The translations under genes and the position numbers were made by a program. Shown here piece by piece: positions 43,934 through 59,538 of a DNA stretch of 64,000 bases. The stretch is from the human T2T-CHM13v2.0 reference genome, Homo sapiens, in the NCBI RefSeq assembly GCF_009914755.1, contig NC_060928.1; one strand, 5' to 3'. Below the pieces are notes generated by a model, which saw only the letters and a list, made by a program, of their open reading frames with translations, had not been told where the DNA came from and did no database searches. How positions within the stretch are numbered: position 1 is the first letter of the stretch; every line of letters begins with the position of its first letter.

Positions 43934-46900
43934 CTAAGCTTCTATTTATTAAACTATTTTACTGGTTTACCTACTTTATTGGCTCAGGTAGATATTTTTA
44001 TTTAGACAATCACCAATAGATAATGGACTGAAACTTTATCTTTTGCTTTATCAAAAACATCATATTTCCCAAACTAAAATTCCATCAGGCCACATTTTTT
44101 GTTTCTGAAACAGTTTTAACCATCTCAATTGCTATGCCAATTATGGGCAAAACATACTTTTCAAAAAAGTTTTAAAAATTTGTATGGACCCCAAACACAG
44201 GAATTTATACTCTGTCAGATTCTGGTTCTACAAATATTATCTAATAACATGCAACTACTGTTGGGGAAAAACTTAAATATTAGGGAGCACTGATGGCTTG
44301 TTCAATTTGGTCAGGTTACAGGCAGAAGTTAAAATGTATTTACAAGGAGCACTGAATATAGCTAATCAAAAAATGACTGTGTAGATACATTGTATATATT
44401 TTTACAACTTATATTGACTGATAAAAAATTGAAGCTTTACATAAATATTATTTAAATGGTGGTTTTAAGATTTTACACATTTTTCCCTAACAATAAAATG
44501 TTCTGTCTCAGATATACAATTTAAGAATTAGTCATTGAGAATAAACAAATGAAAATTCATTCTTGTTAAGCATAAGCCTTAAATTGCTTTATAAGAACAG
44601 ACTTTTTTTCTAAGATTACAAAAGTGCCCTCTAATGGCATAACTTTTCCTCTCATTTCTTTTTGTTACTTCTAGGTAGGCAGAGCTTATCTAGATTTAAA
44701 CTTTACATTAAATAACATCAATCAGAGTTTCACTTTAAGCACTTTCTTTTTTCATGGCCATCTGGTGGATGATGTAGGAAATGTGTTTGCACAGCAACAA
44801 CTCTTGCTATCTTTCTACAATTGAGGCTTTAGTTCAAACATAAGCTGAAAGTTGCTAGGATAATTCCAAATATTTTTATTTTGCTTGGCAGATCAACTTG
44901 GTTGCACAGTATCCACAACCCAGAAGAACTTGGTAGTGTTACTCTGATACTGAAAAAATTGACTTTGTTTCAATTGAAAAGTTCTAATGAATAAAAGATA
45001 TAGATGCAATCTATAATTCTGCTATTTTTGTGTTGTCAAAGGCCTTCTTCACATTTGGCACAAGTCCTCAGATCCTGCTAAAACTGAGGTGAGAAAATAA
45101 AAATGACCTAATGATTTGATACAACTCAATCTTTAGAAAATAGATTATTGGTGATATGAGATTTTTCTTTGGAATGCCAATATCCTACAGGGGGAATAAA
45201 ATTGTCCAAAGGTTAACCATATAGTCTATACTTACAAAGGTAGAGATGGGTTTGGATAATCCAAAGTAAATAACTAGTTTATATGGTGTATGAATATATA
45301 CACACACATATTTTTAGATCAAAAATGTGGAAACATTATGAGTTCAATCAGCTGATATTGGAGTTAAGGCAAATAAGTAGTAGTCCCCAAAGAGGAAACT
45401 TTTAAATATAAAAATGGAACATCTGCTGCCCACTTTCTTGTGAGCAGGTAAATACTATACAACCCAAGAGATATGGAGAAGGGATTCTTTATAATGTTTT
45501 AGGACTATGGTGATGGGAACTTGCTTCTCCCCTTCATTTCCTCCAGTTTTAAAGAAAATGTCAGTGAATAGATTTAAAGCGTTTTTATTGTTCTGCAAGG
45601 AGTAGGGAGTGGAGCACATGATGGATAATTGAACATGTACAAACAATTCTAAGCCTTTCTTTAGCATTAATTTAAACTTCATATTCTATGGAACTTTTAG
45701 ATAAAATAAACTGTCCAACTGACCTGGCATATCTTTTTCCCACAAACCTGTGGAAATGCTTGTAAATTATAAAATGGTCAATGGTAAGCAAAGTAAAAAT
45801 TTAAAGGGAGTTTGAGTAATTCATTGTATCAATTAAATACCCAGAATTACCTCTATCATCACAAAAAAGCACAACATACCCTACAAAAATTCAACTTGCC
45901 CCAGAATGTCTATAGCAGTTCTACTGCTGTCATTTTGCAAAATTTATCTGCAATTACATAAGATCAACTAGTCAATTTACCCATCTGGGTTAAACCACTG
46001 GTTCAGTTAGTTAACATTTATTCTTTGAAATTGTATGAACAGTGATAAGAAATAAATCTGGCTAATTTTTTTTCCTTAAAAATCCACTAAATGGTTTTAC
46101 CACATAAAACAATTAAGACTTTTAAGAGCAGACTCTTATTTCAACCACTAGAAAGCTTGTCTTTAATAGTTATAGACTGCTATTTGGCTATATTATCTGA
46201 GCAATTCAAACAATTGCAAATCTGGTAGATAGAAAGTTCTTTTGGGCTTTCATGTAAAGGTCCAAGGCTCTCAAAATAGAAGACGTGATATAAATTAATG
46301 CACTGTGACCTTTCTCATCACTGTAGCTTCCTCAGAACAGCAGCCAACAGCTTTACCTACCTGTGATAATATGATCAAAACAAATTCCTCCATCCCTCTA
46401 TCACCAACAAGTTCTTTGCAGAAATGTATAAATGTAGTTGTGAAAAATGTCATCAAGCTCTTACACACTTTACATATTATAAAATTTAAGATCAGATTCA
46501 TCACTATAAATATAACATAAAGTATAAAATTTGAAAAAATATATAGTATCACTGAGATTCGCTTAAAAATTATCTAATGTGCCTGATCATGTGCAGGCCA
46601 CGAAGTTGAAATACATTTACAATGACAAAAAAGGATGGGCATTCTGATTTACTTGAAGCAAATGTATAGAGAATAAATGAAATCTAATGTTTAATTAAAG
46701 AGAGTGGAAAGTGCATGATTATAATTTGGCGAGAATAATTTCAAGGAATGGTCTGCCACAGAGATTTCTGTTATTTTCTTTTCCTTTCTAAATGCAAATA
46801 TTTAGTCTTTTAAATTTCTATTTTCAAACTCAAGAGCATTTGTTTTTGTTTGAATCATCCATGTCACATTTGATAATAAATCTGAAGCATTTGGTCCAGG

Positions 46901-48614
46901 TGTAAGAAAAAAATATATAGCTTTAGTTAGGGGAAGAGCCATGTGTCTGCCATGACTTGCTGGGCAGCAAGCGAAGAGGACTGCACACTTTAATACTGAA
47001 TGTCCAACATGTGCCAGCGTGGATGTACGGATTCCTTCGAGGCAAAAATGCAGCAATCAAAAGTTGAATTCCCAAAAGGTGTTTTATTTTGTTTTCTTTT
47101 GCAAACAATGAAAATGTCTGAAGTTAGTTGTTCTTAAAAATCCAAATCTGTTAAAAATTTGAAGGAAATACAGCATATTATGGGCTGACATTTCCATACC
47201 TGAAAAGGGAGAAATAAAGCAGATGGAAGTAAAGGATTCCTGGTCTGCCCTGACGAGTGGTCTCTGGCACATGCTAGGTGAGCTCTCACTCTGCGATAAC
47301 ATGCCAACTTCTACCCAACCCAATGAAGTAGAGCCGACATTATGTACAGAACTCGTGCACTAAAGCTCTCTAAATGCAGGCTGTCAGTACACAGTGACAT
47401 GATTATTAAGAGTTTTAGAGTTCATTATGTCAATAATCTACAGATTAGGGACCTGCACATGCATTTCAACTGCAATGATTCCAACCTCCCTTAGCACTTC
47501 TCTAAATGACTGCCAACTTTCCTTCTGGAAGGAAATTAAATTAATATAAAAAAGCAATGTGAAATTAAAACATGCCAAGGATTCGAATAAAGTTTCCATT
47601 CTGTCATGCGCTCCCTCTGAGTCTCATGATGCAGAGTTCCTAACAGGGATAACGTTAGGGCATTCTAATTTAAAAGATGGCCAAGCCTACACAATCAGAA
47701 TTACTTCAAAGAGGATCAGATTTTAAAGTAAGTAATCTTGTATTCCCATCAATATTAATGCCAATGAGAAGAATAATGAATAACAGAACTGGCCGAAATA
47801 AATGTCTCATAGATAGGAGTAGTCTGTAATTCAGGAAGCCAGACCCATTTTAGTAAAGAAAGGAGTAGAACTCTTAAAATGTATCAGATGGATGGTTAGA
47901 AGATATGACAAAGTTCAAAAGCAGTGTATGGGAGAATGCAAAGAAAAACTGGAACAGAATACTAAATACCTTCTTCCTATCAAAATGTCCTCTATATGTG
48001 AAACTGAGATAGCTGGGATAACTTCCACTGTCTTAGGTGATGCTAATGATTCTTAGAATAATGAAAGCCCCAAAGGAAGGAATAATATGCTTGGTTGCTT
48101 TTCTTGCTTTTGTTTGGCAACTAAGCCTTATTTCCTGTTGATCTGCAACCAAATGAAAATGACTTCCTGTGCAACATTCCCCAAAGCAGTTTACAAACTG
48201 CATACCTCATTCTCTACTGAAATTTAGCTAAGATGGAGCATGGCAGCGCGCCAGTAGCATTCAGCAACAGCACGTATCAGCCTGGAAGGTGAGGCATGAA
48301 TTGTTGTGGTCAATAAAAAAATATTGAGTCACTGCAGTGTGTAGCACCATAAAAATTTGATTTTTTATAGCCATTTATCCAAGAAGTTAACTCTTCAGTA
48401 AGTCACTCCATGGATTTCTTAGGATACCAAAACCTAAATATGGCCAAAAGAGCAAAAAATGAAGAGAATAAGAGTTTTGTCAAATATCGATGTCATACTC
48501 CAAACTCAACTGGGTAATGTGAGGTCTGAAAAAATATGTATCTTAGGAACTTAGAATCTATTTATGGGGCAAAATGTACCTGCCCAGCCAACAGAGTCCA
48601 ATGTCAGCATTTCT

Positions 48615-49745
<1,131 letters not shown>

Positions 49746-51274
49746 CATATGATAAAATGACAAACAGAAAGTACTGCAAAGGTGGAAGAAATGAGAGAAA
49801 TAAATTAGTTAAGCAGAATTTTCAGGTGGCATCAAATAGCCTGAATAGCTGTCTATCTTAGATGCAGTTTTAAAAACTGGTTATTATATTTAAGAAGGTA
49901 TTAGAAGAAAGGAGAAAAAGAGGAAGGCATTCTCTTTAAATGATGAGAAACATAAATGAGGAGAGGCTACAGTGGAAATTAGTAGGAAGTGTGGCTAAAA
50001 AAATAAAAAGACTGATTTCAATTATCATGGTGGGAAATGGGATCCGCCAGATACATGGATGGTTGAAGAGACATATTAGAGAAAGGCAATACATACACAC
50101 ATACACACACACACACGCACCCCAGAAGTTGCTTCTTTGAACTTAAATTTTAAGTGAAGGGATGCATATTATTTGAGGCCAACCCATTTGTTGAAAGTAC
50201 CCAGAGAAGAAAGAAGTCCAAAGGCATATTTTCGTCCTGGAAAGTGGTTGTTATGGTAAATGAGCAGGAAACAGAATTAAGAAAGACAGATACAGAAGGT
50301 ATGAAGAAAATCTGACAAGAAAATATTACTATTTGGTATATGTGACCAGACCTCTTCATAAACTGTATCCAAACAGATAGGCTAAATAAAACCTGTGAGC
50401 CTTCCTACAAACTCACACCTGCCAAATACCATATAACTTATGCTACTGGGCACTTATTTGGAAAGAAGCACCATCCCTGGAGGAATTCTAAAGGCAATGG
50501 AATAATCCGGAATGTAGCGAACTACACAGGCACCAGCAGGGAAGTGGCAGATGGTGAGCTCAGTGAAGAAAAGACCAGGAGGGAATTGACTGCAGTCACT
50601 GAGACAGTTGAGAAAACCAGGCTAGAGAGAGTAAGGAAGTGACTGGCAGCGTCTTTAGGATGGACACCAAGCTTTGATGTATAATACTCTACAGGGCAGG
50701 TCAGCAATCTTTTCATACATTTTGCAATACACATGTTAAATGCTCACTAAATACTGATGGATCAAATCGAACCATCACTATCTCTTCTGAATTGAGATAA
50801 CTACTGGTTTTGTTTGCTAGTAACAGCAAGGATAAAACTGAAAGACTAAAACAGAATACTACAGCAAGAAAAAAAGATTCTAAAAAACTATCAATCATTT
50901 CATTCAGGCACGACCTTGAATTTCTGCATATTTTCCATCTATCTCAGGCCATATGTACTATCTTCTTAAAGGATCTTCAACATTCAAAAGGTGTTTCTAG
51001 TTCTACTTACCATATTAACAAGACAAGGTACTTAACATGATTCAAGTTCAAAGATGTTTCTGTTCTTATAACAAACCTGGTTTTAAAAACTGCCTTGGTG
51101 ATTCTACTGGCAATGTCTGTTAAACACATGGGTTGCATCCTCCCTAAAGTTTCCATCAAAGAAATCTTTTATAACCCAGCTTCCAGTGATGTAGTAAGCG
51201 ATACCCACCAATAAGGCAGTGACAACAGAAAAGAGCAAGTGTGGTGGGATTATGGAGTGGGTAATTCCACAAAT

Positions 51275-51600
51275 ACAAGTAGGGCATTTACTGTGTACTA
51301 GGCACTGCCTGACGTGCTGCGAATGAGGCAGCGAACAAGATGTGTGAAGATCTTGAGCTCGTAGAGCTTATACTCAGTGGATAAGAGGGATGAAAAACAA
51401 GTAAAGAACAAAGTATAATTAATATAATGATCCCAGAGGGCACTCTAAAGAAAATGATACAGGCTAAGGGACTAGAGAGGACCTGTAGAGAGGTGAAGAC
51501 TGGGGAAGAAGGGGCCCTTCTAGGCTAAGTAGTCAAGAAACCCCCTCTGAAGAAGGAACATTTCAGCAAGGGCTCACATGAAGAGTAAGCCATACAGAGT
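51275..51600 (-). mobile_element. L2 fragment
   Basis: tactgtgtactaggcactg...ctcgtagagcttatactcagtgg...ctctgaagaaggaacatttcagc. Confidence 0.7.
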
Positions 51601-52959
51601 CATGGGATTTTGGAACCAGAAGGGACTTTTAACAGATGAGAACACTGAGGAAGAGACAGCAGAAAGACAAACACTGGTCTCCCAGTCTTTGCACCTGGGA
51701 ACCTGCCTCATCTGAGTTAACTGCAACCATCACCCACTAAGAGGGACACGCTGCCAAGCCACAGGGACTGGAAGACAGGCACTGGCTCACCAAGACCCGG
51801 CAGTCAGGTCAGGTGAGGAATAACTGGCCAGTGTTAAATCCAGGGAGGACACCAGATGCTCTGACGTCCATTATCAGATGAAACGGATTAGAGGCTCTCC
51901 AGCTCGCCCAGCCAGTCCCCATTGTCAGCATGGTTTTAGGGAAAGGAGCTTGGAGCTCAGCAACATAAAGGCATATCTGACAAAGCCATTCCACTGAAGG
52001 AAGCAGTTTGAAAAGCAGGAAGTGTTCCTACAGAGGGAGGATGCTTCCTGACTTTCCGGAGTGAGATACCCAAAACAGAGCGCTATAAAATCTCCGGGGA
52101 AATTCTTAATAGGATTGCGACAGTGTGGTGTTTACTTAGATGGTTTGCTATCTGAGCTCTCCCTGTACACTGTCAATAAGTCAACCAGTGTTTATTAAGT
52201 GCCTACTGCAAGTCCCCTGGGAACCTTAGAGGCCAATAAGGTGGAATTACAGTCCTCTGGTGAAACCAAAGACTTTGTTTCTTATGTTACTTTCTCGTCT
52301 CACTTGAATTATAGTTATTTTTATATTTTTCTTGTCCTTATAAAAAAGCTCTTCATGGGGCTTATATAACACAAGTTTATGAACAAAAATTACTTTTTAC
52401 TCCCCTTTATATTCCCTACATAGCTGTTTTTAGTTTTCTTGTATAAAGTAGGCATTAGATAAATATTTGCTGAATTATACTGTTTTCAAGAAGCTAACAG
52501 CAGACAGCAAAGCAATCTGAAATACTCCCATCAGAAAAATTCCTAAGATTTCTGTATTGTGCAAAGAAGTTAGGGGTGGCTGTTTACCAAACCCTCAAGG
52601 CTAATTCTTAGCTTCAAATTCGTTCTCCTTCTGAAGCCCAGGCACCTAACCCTCAAGAGTGTAAAATAACTCAGCGGACACCTCTGCAAGCCAGACTTGA
52701 GAGTCAGGCTTGAATTTGAATCTGGGCTCCACTCCTTCCTCTGCCAGAATGCTTCCATGCCACTGTGACTGTGGGCAGATGATGCAACTGCTCCGAGCCT
52801 CGGTTTCCATGTTTGTTGACTGAAGTGAACAGTAGGTCCTGACGAGGCGGCTGAAGCATAAACGAAGATGCTGCATGAAAATCAGGACATGCCAGTGCAG
52901 CAGCGCAATCTTTCCAATTATGAAACTAGGGACTTCCACACTATCTGACTTTTCAATCC

Positions 52960-53625
52960 CCATGTCCTATTAATCCTCAAATCCTGCCACTCTACTTGCT
53001 GCGTATTCTCCCAAATTTGTTCTCTTTTCTATCCAAATTGCCAAAGCCTCAAATTATCCACTTATTGCATCTCACCTAACTGCTCTCATACCCATTTCCA
53101 ATATCTCTCATTCATTTTCTACAGTACTGACACTGGCATCTTTACAAACAAAAATCTGTTTCACTCTTCGAAAAAATTAAAAGTAAGATGGCTTCCCATT
53201 ACCGAGAGGATGAAGTCTACGGCCCATGAGGTCCTTCACTCTCAAGCCCTGCACTCTACCACACTCATTTCCTACAAGCTCCTCACCCTCTGCTTCATAT
53301 TCCCAGCAAGTGCCTCTAGCCTGGGCACAGGCTACTTCTTTTGCTAGGATGCCTTTACTGCCTCTCTGGGTGGCAAACGTCTACTCATTCTTTAAGACTC
53401 AGTCCTCAACAATGACAGAAAAATTTGGCTGTGCACTTTTTTATGCTCATATTTCTATTGAAGACCATCTTAAATTGTTTGTACATATTCTGGAGTTTCC
53501 TAAGGGTAGAAAAGGAATCCTACATATATCTACAAGTACTATAACTGATAGATAGTATTGACCACAGAGCCCAACATTAAGTAGATACTCATGACATTTT
53601 GTGGGTGCATAACGAATAAATGAAA
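52960..53625 (+). mobile_element. L2 fragment
   Basis: gatggcttcccattacc...ctactcattctttaagactcag...aagtagatactcatgacatttt..gaataaatgaa. Confidence 0.7.
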
Positions 53626-54017
53626 AAGAACATTCAAGTTAACTATTGTTGCTGATGTGTAGAATTTGTTTCAAGAGAATATAGGCTTAATAGCAAATAA
53701 AATATGAATGCTTTTGACAATTTTATGGGTGCTAAACTTATATATAATAGGCTATTGTGTGAAACCTAAGTAGTCTGGAAGCATATCTCTAATCTGATGA
53801 AGGGGACATCACGGATATCCACTGGCATGGCTGCCATACAGTGATGGCATGTGCTGGATGGTCCGGGAGCCTGGTATAATTTTTCTGTCTTTAAGAACAC
53901 AAAAATGTCCTGATAAGAAAAATAGCGTATTACTCAGGAGGGCCTCTTTCCTCTGAAATCATGTAAATTTTGGTTTGGTTAGGATCTATTCTGATCTGAG
54001 CACAGGAATGGCATAGA

Positions 54018-54180
54018 CGGGTGCTTCTCAAATCTTTATGCGCACAGAAATCGCTCTTTTCCCGTTAAAATGAAGATTCAGGTTCAACAGGTCAGGGGTA
54101 AGTCCTGAGAATGGTCTTTTCTAACGGGCTCCCAGGAGACGTTGATGCTGACAGTTCATGGACTGCACTTGAATAGCCAG
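54018..54180. mobile_element. MER5-like hAT element
   Basis: gtgcttctcaaatcttt...ttctaacgggctcccagg.gacgttgatgctg...cacttgaatagc. Confidence 0.7.
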
Positions 54181-54470
54181 GTGATGGGTGGGTCTGTCTC
54201 TTCCAATCTCGTGATTCTCCTGTATTTTTATTTTGAAACTCCCAAACTATGAAGACCTATAATCTGGTAATAGCAGCAGTAGGATTTTCATCTCTAGGAT
54301 TTTGTTAGAACTTTCTAATCTTTAATTTTCACTGACTACCAAGTTTTAATATTTTAAACCTCTATTTAGGGAGAGGTATGAATGAAAGACATTGCCCATA
54401 TCCTTTCTTTTTCTAAGAACTATTATTATATCCATACTATTTCAGTTTTCTCTTTTCTCTACCTTCTTTA

Positions 54471-54773
54471 GTTTTTTTATTTTTTTAGTTTTGAGACAGA
54501 GTCTTGCTCTGTCACCCAGGCTGGAGTGCAGTGGTGCAAGTATGGCTCACTGCAGCCTTGACCTCCCAGGCTCCAGCAATCCTCCCACCTCAGCCACCTA
54601 AGTAGCTGTGACTACAGGCACGTGTCACCATGTCTAGCTAATTTTTTTAGTTTTGGTAGAGATGAGGTTTCCATTGGTTGCCCAGGCTGGTTTTGAACTC
54701 CTGGCTTCAAGAGATCCTCCTGCCTTGGCCTTCCAGAGTGTTGGGATTACAGGTGTGAGCCACCGTGCCCAGC
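54471..54773 (-). mobile_element. AluJ-like
   Basis: Antisense dimer; degenerate TSD taccttcttta/tacctttttta. Confidence 0.94.
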
Positions 54774-55533
54774 TTACCTTTTTTACATTAAAAAAAAAAG
54801 TTTATTCCCCCAAGCAGTTTGTGTTTAACACAAAGCCCACTAATGGACCAGTGGACTATTTAGGAGACGGTGACAAGATTCAAAATTACACCAAAGTTTC
54901 TAGTTTGTTCATATACTTAACAGAGTTTGCAAAAACACTACCAATAAATAAAATGAGATCAAGAAGAAACCATTTATTACTACTACAGAATAATAAATTG
55001 AATAGAGTAAAAAAAGTGATGCTTCATTCTGTGGGCCTAATCCCACATTTACCCAAATATCTGATGGTCTGGAAGCTTCAACTCTCCCTCATCTTTACCC
55101 CCAAGGTCCCCAGCAGTTCTTTTGATGGGTCAGCACTAAAGCCTAAGTGTTTATACTATTAAAGAATGTGTGGTGGCCTCCAGTGCCAAAGTACAAGACA
55201 AAACCAAAATAGTAATTTTTAAAAACTGTAATAAAGCTAACATAATCCATAGATAGATGAATGAGTAGATGTACCAGGGACCTTAAAGAGTTAAAAGGGT
55301 TAAACTCTTTCCACGCCCTGGAAATATTATTTCCAGAAAAAAGGGGAGGGCACACAAGTATGCAGTTAACTTGTTTTTGTAAAAGAAAGTAACTTAAAAG
55401 GAACAGTCTTCAAGTATGTATTTATTCTACCAGCCCTCTTGTAAAATCCAAGGCCCCCCAAAACACACAAAAACACCTCCGGAAAGGTTAGAAAATATTC
55501 TCCAAAGACAGTGGTTCCTGATAATTTAGTAAT

Positions 55534-55772
55534 TTGAGAGCTTGTTTGGAGGTTCTGGCAGGGGAGCGCAGCTACTCATATACCGTTGACCAAAGACCGG
55601 TCCTCCTTCATCGGGGATGGTCATTCTCTTTGGCCAAGTGCACAGCTTCGGGAGCGATGCACATGGAGCAGGGAGGAAGGAAGGGGACACCCGCCTAGCC
55701 AGCCAGATCAGCTGAATCAACCCTGGCGATCAAAGGGTTGACAAATGTCGCAGCCAGATCGCCCTCACGTCC
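55534..55772 (-). pseudogene. 7SK snRNA retro-pseudogene, 3'-truncated (about nt 1-240), no poly-A
   Basis: Minus strand reads GGACGTGAGGGCGATCTGGCTGCGACAT...GAACCTCCAAACAAGCTCTCAA, matching the 5' three-quarters of human 7SK. Confidence 0.96.
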
Positions 55773-57744
55773 ACAATCTCACGATTTGGAGAAAGAATAA
55801 ACATATCATTTCCTTTTCCTTCTCTGTCTCTTCTCTCCTAGCTCATAGCTCAATGTCTCAGGTGACCTCTTCTCGTGTCTGAGTTCCTCTTCAATTCAGG
55901 ATTGAGTCTTCTTGCAAACACCTGAATTTATTTTTTGGTCTGTTCTTTACTCCCCCACCATCCCCCCACCAACGATTATGTAATTTTTATTATTTATTCG
56001 TGTATTTATTCATTTATTCATGCATTTATTCATTTATTCAAGTTTTGAAACAGTTTAAAGGCTGCCAAAGCAAAATAGAAAAAGATCACTCAACTTAGAG
56101 TAAGATCTGAGTCAAAGATCTAAGTTGAAAAGGTCCTGATTAAACCATGATCAGCTTTGGTACTTTGAGTGAGCCTCTTAATCCCCTTCAAGCTCAATTA
56201 CCTCATCTACAAAATGGAGACAATTATTCCCAGGATTGTTATGAGATTAAATGAAATAATTGATATGAATGTTCTTTTAAAATTAAAAAGGTTCTATTTA
56301 TCTTCAAATAGTGTAAGCCAGTTTCTCAGACTGGTTGCAACATTTTATTCGGCAGCAAAAAACACGTCTTGACTTGCTCTTAAAACAGAGATATGTGAAG
56401 GAGTTTCAGCATCAGATTATTCCATCTTTATTTACCTATCAGGTAAAAGATTAGGACCTTATTCAATTAGAGACTGATTAGAAGCACAGAGTTAAAGGCC
56501 AAGATGTCGATTTTAAAAAATAATCTCAAAAATAATTGTAAATTCTTAATATGCTTTTTGTTATCCTTCATACACCATATCTGAGGACATCAACATTGTT
56601 TAATAAACAAAACTGATCAACACTGGTTCAAAGCCGAGCGTGCTTGGGCTTTTTAGGCACTATATCTAGCAAAGGATTTAAGATGCACGTGTTGAGATCA
56701 GAGCACTGAGGATCAGGATCAGTTCCTGGGATGTTCTGCATTATTATTTCTGGATTAAGAGATGATTAAAGAAAAGTACACTTTCAAAAGGCAAACAACA
56801 CAGACAGATCCCACAGTCATTTTCAATAGTTTATAGCAAATTGTGATGAAATAATACAAGCATGTAAACTTACAACAATTAGAGAGATGACAAACCACAA
56901 GTACTGATACAATATGGGAATTCAGACCCACAATTATGTAATCCTTTCCCCGCCAAGGAAGTAAGATATACAGTTAGGTGTGGTTTTTCTTCTCCTATTT
57001 TTTTTCTTTTCTCTTTTTTATTTTTTTAAGGGAAGCACTAAGGAAAAGGCTGCAGCTGGTGAGTGTCGCGGTCAACAACGTTCAGTGATCATTACACAAG
57101 ATAGAGCCTGCCAAGAGAAAAAGAGATCTCGAAAATGCCTGGTGGTTGTCATTGCTTTGTATGTGTGAATAAACTTTAAATGTGGAAAATGTTTTAAAAA
57201 ATTATAGACTGAGTTTGGCTGAAGTGTTGAGTGTATAAATACTTTCATTATCTGAACTTATTTTTCTTATTAAATTTTAAAGGGTTTTAAACTTTGGAAT
57301 TTTTGGAGTATCTTTTTTATATATGTTTATAGGCGCTCTTGTTTTGCTGAAATGTACAGTTTCATCCAATTTTTAAAAACTAATTTAAAAATAATTTTAA
57401 AAATCTTAGAACTGATCTAACCTCAACTCTTGCCTCTCAAGAATGCCACATAATTAACATTATAATGGAACAACTTGATAGGTAAATTACTAATTGCTAC
57501 TAATTTCACAGAGGATTCTGCAGCTTCTTGATTTTTCAGTGATTGCAGCTACCATAATAATTGGAATATGTTTCAATATCATGGGTTATGTGTCTCTAAT
57601 AAACTTTTGAGTTATTTTTCTAATCCCAAATTTTCTTATTGGGCTCTATTTACTGAAGAAAATATGTTTTATTATTTCCTTTTTCCGATAACTTGTCTCT
57701 AAGGTATGTGAAAGGCTTTGTCTATTACACATATGTGCACATAA

Positions 57745-57775
57745 ACACACACACACACACACAGAGTGAGAGAGG
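57745..57775. repeat. (CA)n/(GA)n microsatellite
   Basis: Seen directly. Confidence 0.9.
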
Positions 57776-59221
57776 AGAAATCAAACTCAACAAATAGCAT
57801 ATCTTAGAACATTGTAATACCCGGATTTGAATGACTGGGTTAGTAGGACTAATTAAAAGGAGGGCTGAAGAGAGAAAATTTGACTTCAACAGATGATTTC
57901 AGGCTATAAGTAGACTTAATAAAGTAAACTGATAACCTAGTTTACCTTTTATGATTAGAGGAGAATCTATGCAAATGGTGATTGGGGGTGTCGGGGGGGC
58001 CATGGGAGGTTTACATCAGAACCTGCGCGTGTTCAGAGACTGACGTTCCACTTCACTTTCAGTGATTTCCCCTGTTAAAAAAGACTAACCTTCTGGAAGG
58101 AGAGATATGGGGATTATTTATCACTGTTAGCCCTTTGTGCCATTTAGAACTGGTGCTTTTTACTCTCAAAGGTAAGTTTTGTTTCTGTTTTACCTGAAAT
58201 AATTATCTACAAGTGAAAGAGTTTAATCAGTTTCCCCTTTAAAAATTCCCTAAGAAGTTAACTATTACCAAAAACAAACAGTGAGTGCATAGACAGTCTA
58301 CAATTATGGTCTTGTGGATTTAGGCTAAATAAGTGGTATTCTGAATAATTAAATTGTAAAAAACTTCTAAGCAAATTGTCCAGACAAATTAATGTGGCAA
58401 CTAATCTCAGCTTAAGCTTTTAAACATTTTCATCAATTTTGCTTCTAAAACCAAAGAGTTACAACTTTATTTAAAAAGTTTATGTGAGTTTAGGTAAGTC
58501 AGATTTATCAGGAGTAGAAGGATAGAATATCTTCCTCACTGGGTTGCTGTGAGGGTTAAGGAAAGTGATGGATGTGGAAGTACCTTGTAAACAATCAAGG
58601 GTTATACAAAGATATATTATTATTATTAATAAATAGAATCATTTCTGCTTCCATTGTGAAATTCAAAGCATGGAAACAACTTTAACATTAGTTAACAACT
58701 GACAACATTACTAAGAAAAAATATAATTTCAAAGAAAAACTTCAAAATATAACACAATATACATAAACAATGTTGGATGGAACTTTTTAAACTCTCAGAT
58801 TACTGATATTTTCAAAACATAATGGGGCACAATATGCATTTATACATAAAAGAGGAATTATGAAATACCTCTACAAATAACAGAATAATATTGAAAATAG
58901 TGACTAATTTGAGAGCTTTTTCAGCTTCTTGCTCAATTCTTTTCAACGTCTCTCACTCAGTAATGTGTGGTCTGAGGTCTGAGGTCTCCAAACCTCTTAG
59001 AATTGTGATTTAAAAAAGTGTGTATGCGTGTGCGTGGGTTTGTGTGGGTGTGTCTGAATACACACATACATACTTATAATACATTAAAAAATACTTAAAA
59101 GCTCTCTACACTGGGATGAGTATCATAGACAATTACAGTAGATATAATTGTACATTTCAAATCTTTTTCTGGTTAATTTCAGGGGTGTTTTATAAACAGG
59201 GCTGATTATAATGTCATTATT

Positions 59222-59391
59222 ATTATTATATTTTTAGAGATGGGGTCTCAGTATGTTGCCCAGGCTGGACCGCAGTGGCTATTCACAAGGGAGATCATTG
59301 TGTACTACAGCCTCAAACTCTTGGGCTCAAGTGGTCCTCCAGCCTCAGCCTCCTTAGCAGCTGGGATTATAACTGTGCCACTGCACCTAGC
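59222..59391 (-). mobile_element. FAM (fossil Alu monomer)
   Basis: Monomer with the 7SL-like segment gcagtggctattcaca; TSD aatgtcattatt at 59210-59221 and 59394-59405. Confidence 0.85.
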
Positions 59392-59538
59392 AGAATGTCA
59401 TTATTTTTATCTTGCATTAATTTTGCTTCATACATGCTGTCACCTCTGCCGTTCTTTGTTGTTCCATGACCATCTGATATCCTGAGTAAGAGTGCTTTCG
59501 TTAATTGATATAGTATTAAGTAATATTCACAAAACTTG

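Noticed and set aside
54653-55162. 169-aa ORF
   Set aside because: Starts inside an antisense Alu at a non-ATG codon; the remainder resembles no protein I recognise.
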